DNA of 63,183 nucleotides, counting the filler, from Hausera hauseri (taxonomy: Eukaryota), in NCBI GenBank assembly GCA_046269625.1. It is 11 parts of 11 records of this genome, joined end to end, with 100 filler letters (N's around TTAATTAATTAA, not from the genome) between each part and the next. Parts side by side here need not be neighbours in the genome. Positions count along the whole stretch, not along the records: positions 59,127 to 63,183 come from JBJURY010789535.1; 10 more parts are not named here. One strand, given 5' to 3'. The notes under the pieces were generated by a model, which ran no database searches, was not told the DNA's origin, and worked only from the letters and a program-made list of their open reading frames with translations. The translations under genes were made by a program, and so were the position numbers. Shown here piece by piece: positions 60,116 through 63,183 of this stretch. Numbering within the stretch: position 1 is the first letter of the stretch; each line of letters begins with the position of its first letter.

Positions 60116-63100
60116 AATAATTTCCCAAAACGTCCATAACTTTGGTCTCGGAACTTTTGACAACCGTCAACCGAAAAAGTATTAGCAGGTGAAGGGTAGG
60201 GCGAAAAGCACACCGGTCTAACGGCACGCAAATGCTAACCGGCCGCCGAAAGTGGTGGCGATGCCCATAACTGCGGCACCACACACCTACCAAAATTAAA
60301 CCAGAAGCGTAGTTTCTCTTATATCCATCAGCCATTTTTACAAGATGATCTTGTTTTTATCAATAAAAAAGGTCAATTGTTGAATAAATTGTATGCTTTG
60401 TTTAAAATCATGATGGAATGCTTATAGTTTGAAAGTTTCAAACTGAAAATTCCAATGTGCTTTACTTACATTTGTTAAGTATCTATGTTCGTTATTTCGC
60501 AACTTTCCCGGTACTCAAAATGAAAATTTCACTTAAATATGAAATTAGCTTACTTTATTATATGTTACACACGCGAGTGAGAGAAATCTCACAAATATGT
60601 ATAATATGCATATTGCAAAATTTACGGTAAACCATTTTCCTAGGACTAATAAATCTTGAATTCCATTTTAGAGTCCCACAAATGTTTTTCGTTTGGAATG
60701 TCGAGTTCAAAGCCTTGACCGTTAAATTTTTAAACAGATAATTTTGAATTTAATCGCCAAAGATTCTGAAGTAAGGCCTACGAGGTTTAAAATACCTAGG
60801 GGCCAGGAAAGGGTAAAGACGTTCCTGATTGTAAACTCTTTACAAAGGAATTATCATTTTGGCGACAAATTTCAAATCGTGGAAATATTCATGTGCATGG
60901 ATATTTACTCCAGCATTTCGCATCTACAATCAGAAAGTTCTGAGAATGAAAATCCGAAAAATGATGAAACAATAAATAAATAATACAAATTTTGCTTAAT
61001 TTTCGATCTATATAGTTAAAATATAAAATACACACACGTTATTTTTAATATTTTGATTTAAAATATCAACAATGCATGGAAAATATTTTTTTTCAAGAAA
61101 TATCCATGTAAATGACATTTATTATTCCAATTCATAATTTACTTAAAATTCAAGCTAATTTTTATGACCTCAAAACCAATATTTATGTATATTATTTCAT
61201 TAACGTTATCCTTAATACTTTCATAAAATTGAGGACAAAGCTATTTCCACACCCATTTTCAGCTTATAATTACACTTATGTCCTAAATCAGCACAAAATA
61301 CTCAGATGATAATTTGTTGTTCATCATTGTAATTGACGTAAAGTAAGACTTAAAACCTGTACAACTAAAAGTGACAACTCACCAATTCTAGTCTAATGAA
61401 GTGCCGATAAAATTTCCCGAACAACCGTTCCACAGAATCACCAAATCGCCTACCAAGATGCCGAAGACAATCACTGTCTCCATCATCGGACACAGCAGAA
61501 CAAACTCGTCGACCGTCAACATTACCAGAGGCAGTTAACTCAACGAGAGATCTATGACGGTCAAATAGACATGCAACAGAAAGAATTCCAATTTTCACTT
61601 CAAGTCAATGGTCTGCACCGAGTTGTCGTGTAGCGACCTGTACAAATTGTCGCGCAGTGCAATAATAAATTGTCGTACATTCGTGACGTTGTGAGAATGT
61701 TTCCATGCGATTGAGAGAAGATATGAATCAACGAGGCGGCGATGAAGATCTAATGCGTCAATTGTATGACAGACATAACATTACAATTACCCTTAAATTG
61801 CATGCTGATATTTCTCACGACACCATGCAATTTGGTCCATCCGGTAAATTCATGCAGCAACAACGACGCTGACACTTCCATGATACGGAAAAGTACATCG
61901 TTGCAACAATTCCCGCTAACGGTTGGACAATATTGAGTTTGAACGACTGTAAATGAAAATACTGGTGAATTGTTCTGATCAACACTGTCTTACGGTTATT
62001 GTTGATTGCTCCGTCGATATCATCGATAGTCATTCGGTTGGAAAAAACGGAAAACATAACAGCTGACAAATTCCTGTGCAGATAATTGAAGTCGCACGAC
62101 TTGTTTATTCGTATACAGCAAACTATCACATAATAAAATAACAAATGGACATCAAAACGCATTAATTATATCCAGACTTTCATACGTTACAACTTAAACT
62201 TTATTCAGAAAATTTGCAGAACAAAATATTTCAAATTGCGGATTACAATTATTACAATTATTATTACAGTAAAACGCAATAAACATAACGAGATACTGAA
62301 AAAGGCAAAAGGCATTATGTTTTTAGTACCATTTCATTTTAATAATAACGTTGCTAATCCACTCAATTATATTTATAAATTAATTTTATAAATGACTTTA
62401 TTACTTTATTATGAATTACATAGTTCATCACCAGTTTGATATACAATTTGGTGAATATGGTAGACTTCTTAAAACCAAAATATTATTAAGTAACAGTAAT
62501 GGCTCAAGAATAAAATATAATTAAAATTTAATTGAAGTTATTTAATTTTAATAAACAAAATTTGTTTGAAAATTTATAATTACTAAATTAAACTTTAACT
62601 CTTAATTCTACTTTTGATGAAATGTACGATAATATATCAGGTGATACTTCGAATTTCGAACCGTCGATTTTCCCAAGCAGACCGATCGTAACTGGCGACC
62701 AAGCCAGGATCATGGGACCGGGTAATACTAGTCTTCCGGACTGTAACGAACATTCGCGTAAATACTATGATGCCTCACTTTGGCAATTTGATAGTTTATT
62801 TACGAATGAAGCATAACGATAGCTGGAAGATATGATACACGCTTACAAATTTTTTCGACGTCCATTTGTGGTGCTATGTGAAGTTTTGTTAACAGAATAA
62901 GCCACAATTCTGTGGACAAAAAGGGGAAACCAAAAGGGAAACCAACCGTCGGACAAATATGGCATAAAATAGTTCAAAACTACATTTATGAGGAAGGTAA
63001 GCCCTCTCAATGACGTGGTCGAATGGGCCAACACGCGTCAAAAAGAAGGAGAAAATTTTTTGACGTTTCGAGTTGAACAAAGAAGAATGCTTTCAAGAAA

Positions 63101-63183
63101 TTCTGAGGAAACGGCTTAGTTCAAAAGTGCTAAATCAGCGGTTTGGTTTCAAACCAAAAAATGGTGGTAGAAGAGATAATGAA

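Noticed and set aside
60400-62600. Genes or structured RNA in the last contig
   Set aside because: AT-rich, with short ORFs and no recognisable motif or repeat.
62622-63183. Gag remnant (FKTTF...RQKEGENFLTF)
   Set aside because: One short motif amid several stops; not enough to call.

Overview
AT-rich animal DNA (host-gene fragments are metazoan type; the species cannot be determined here). The window is 11 unrelated contigs joined by artificial 100-bp N44-TTAATTAATTAA-N44 spacers, so adjacency across spacers is not biological. Almost everything is decayed mobile DNA, recognised by eye from protein motifs with no database search. (1) Five partial copies of a large Ty3/Gypsy-type retroelement. 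Overlapped, they give one polyprotein order: Gag - unknown region X (with an internal ubiquitin-like domain and an AT-hook) - internal signal peptide - chuvirus-like glycoprotein - P(T/S)AP linker - PR-RT-RNaseH-IN - second signal peptide - FN3-like ectodomain - TM. A sixth contig (53336-59026) is a probable further extension made of signal/TM/PPxY membrane modules. (2) Four pieces of CsRN1-like Gypsy elements. Their Gag begins with a ubiquitin/Sde2-like domain ending RxxGG, and a -1 frameshift pseudoknot lies between gag and pol. (3) A Polinton/Maverick fragment with packaging ATPase, chromo-integrase, two tandem penton-like genes and a TBP-like gene. (4) Intronless, broken host-gene fragments: ELAV-like, group I mGluR, UBAP2-like UBA, NLK-like MAPK, ANAPC1, possibly Pcf11-like and ankyrin. 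No rRNA, tRNA or CRISPR seen. Domain boundaries are approximate.
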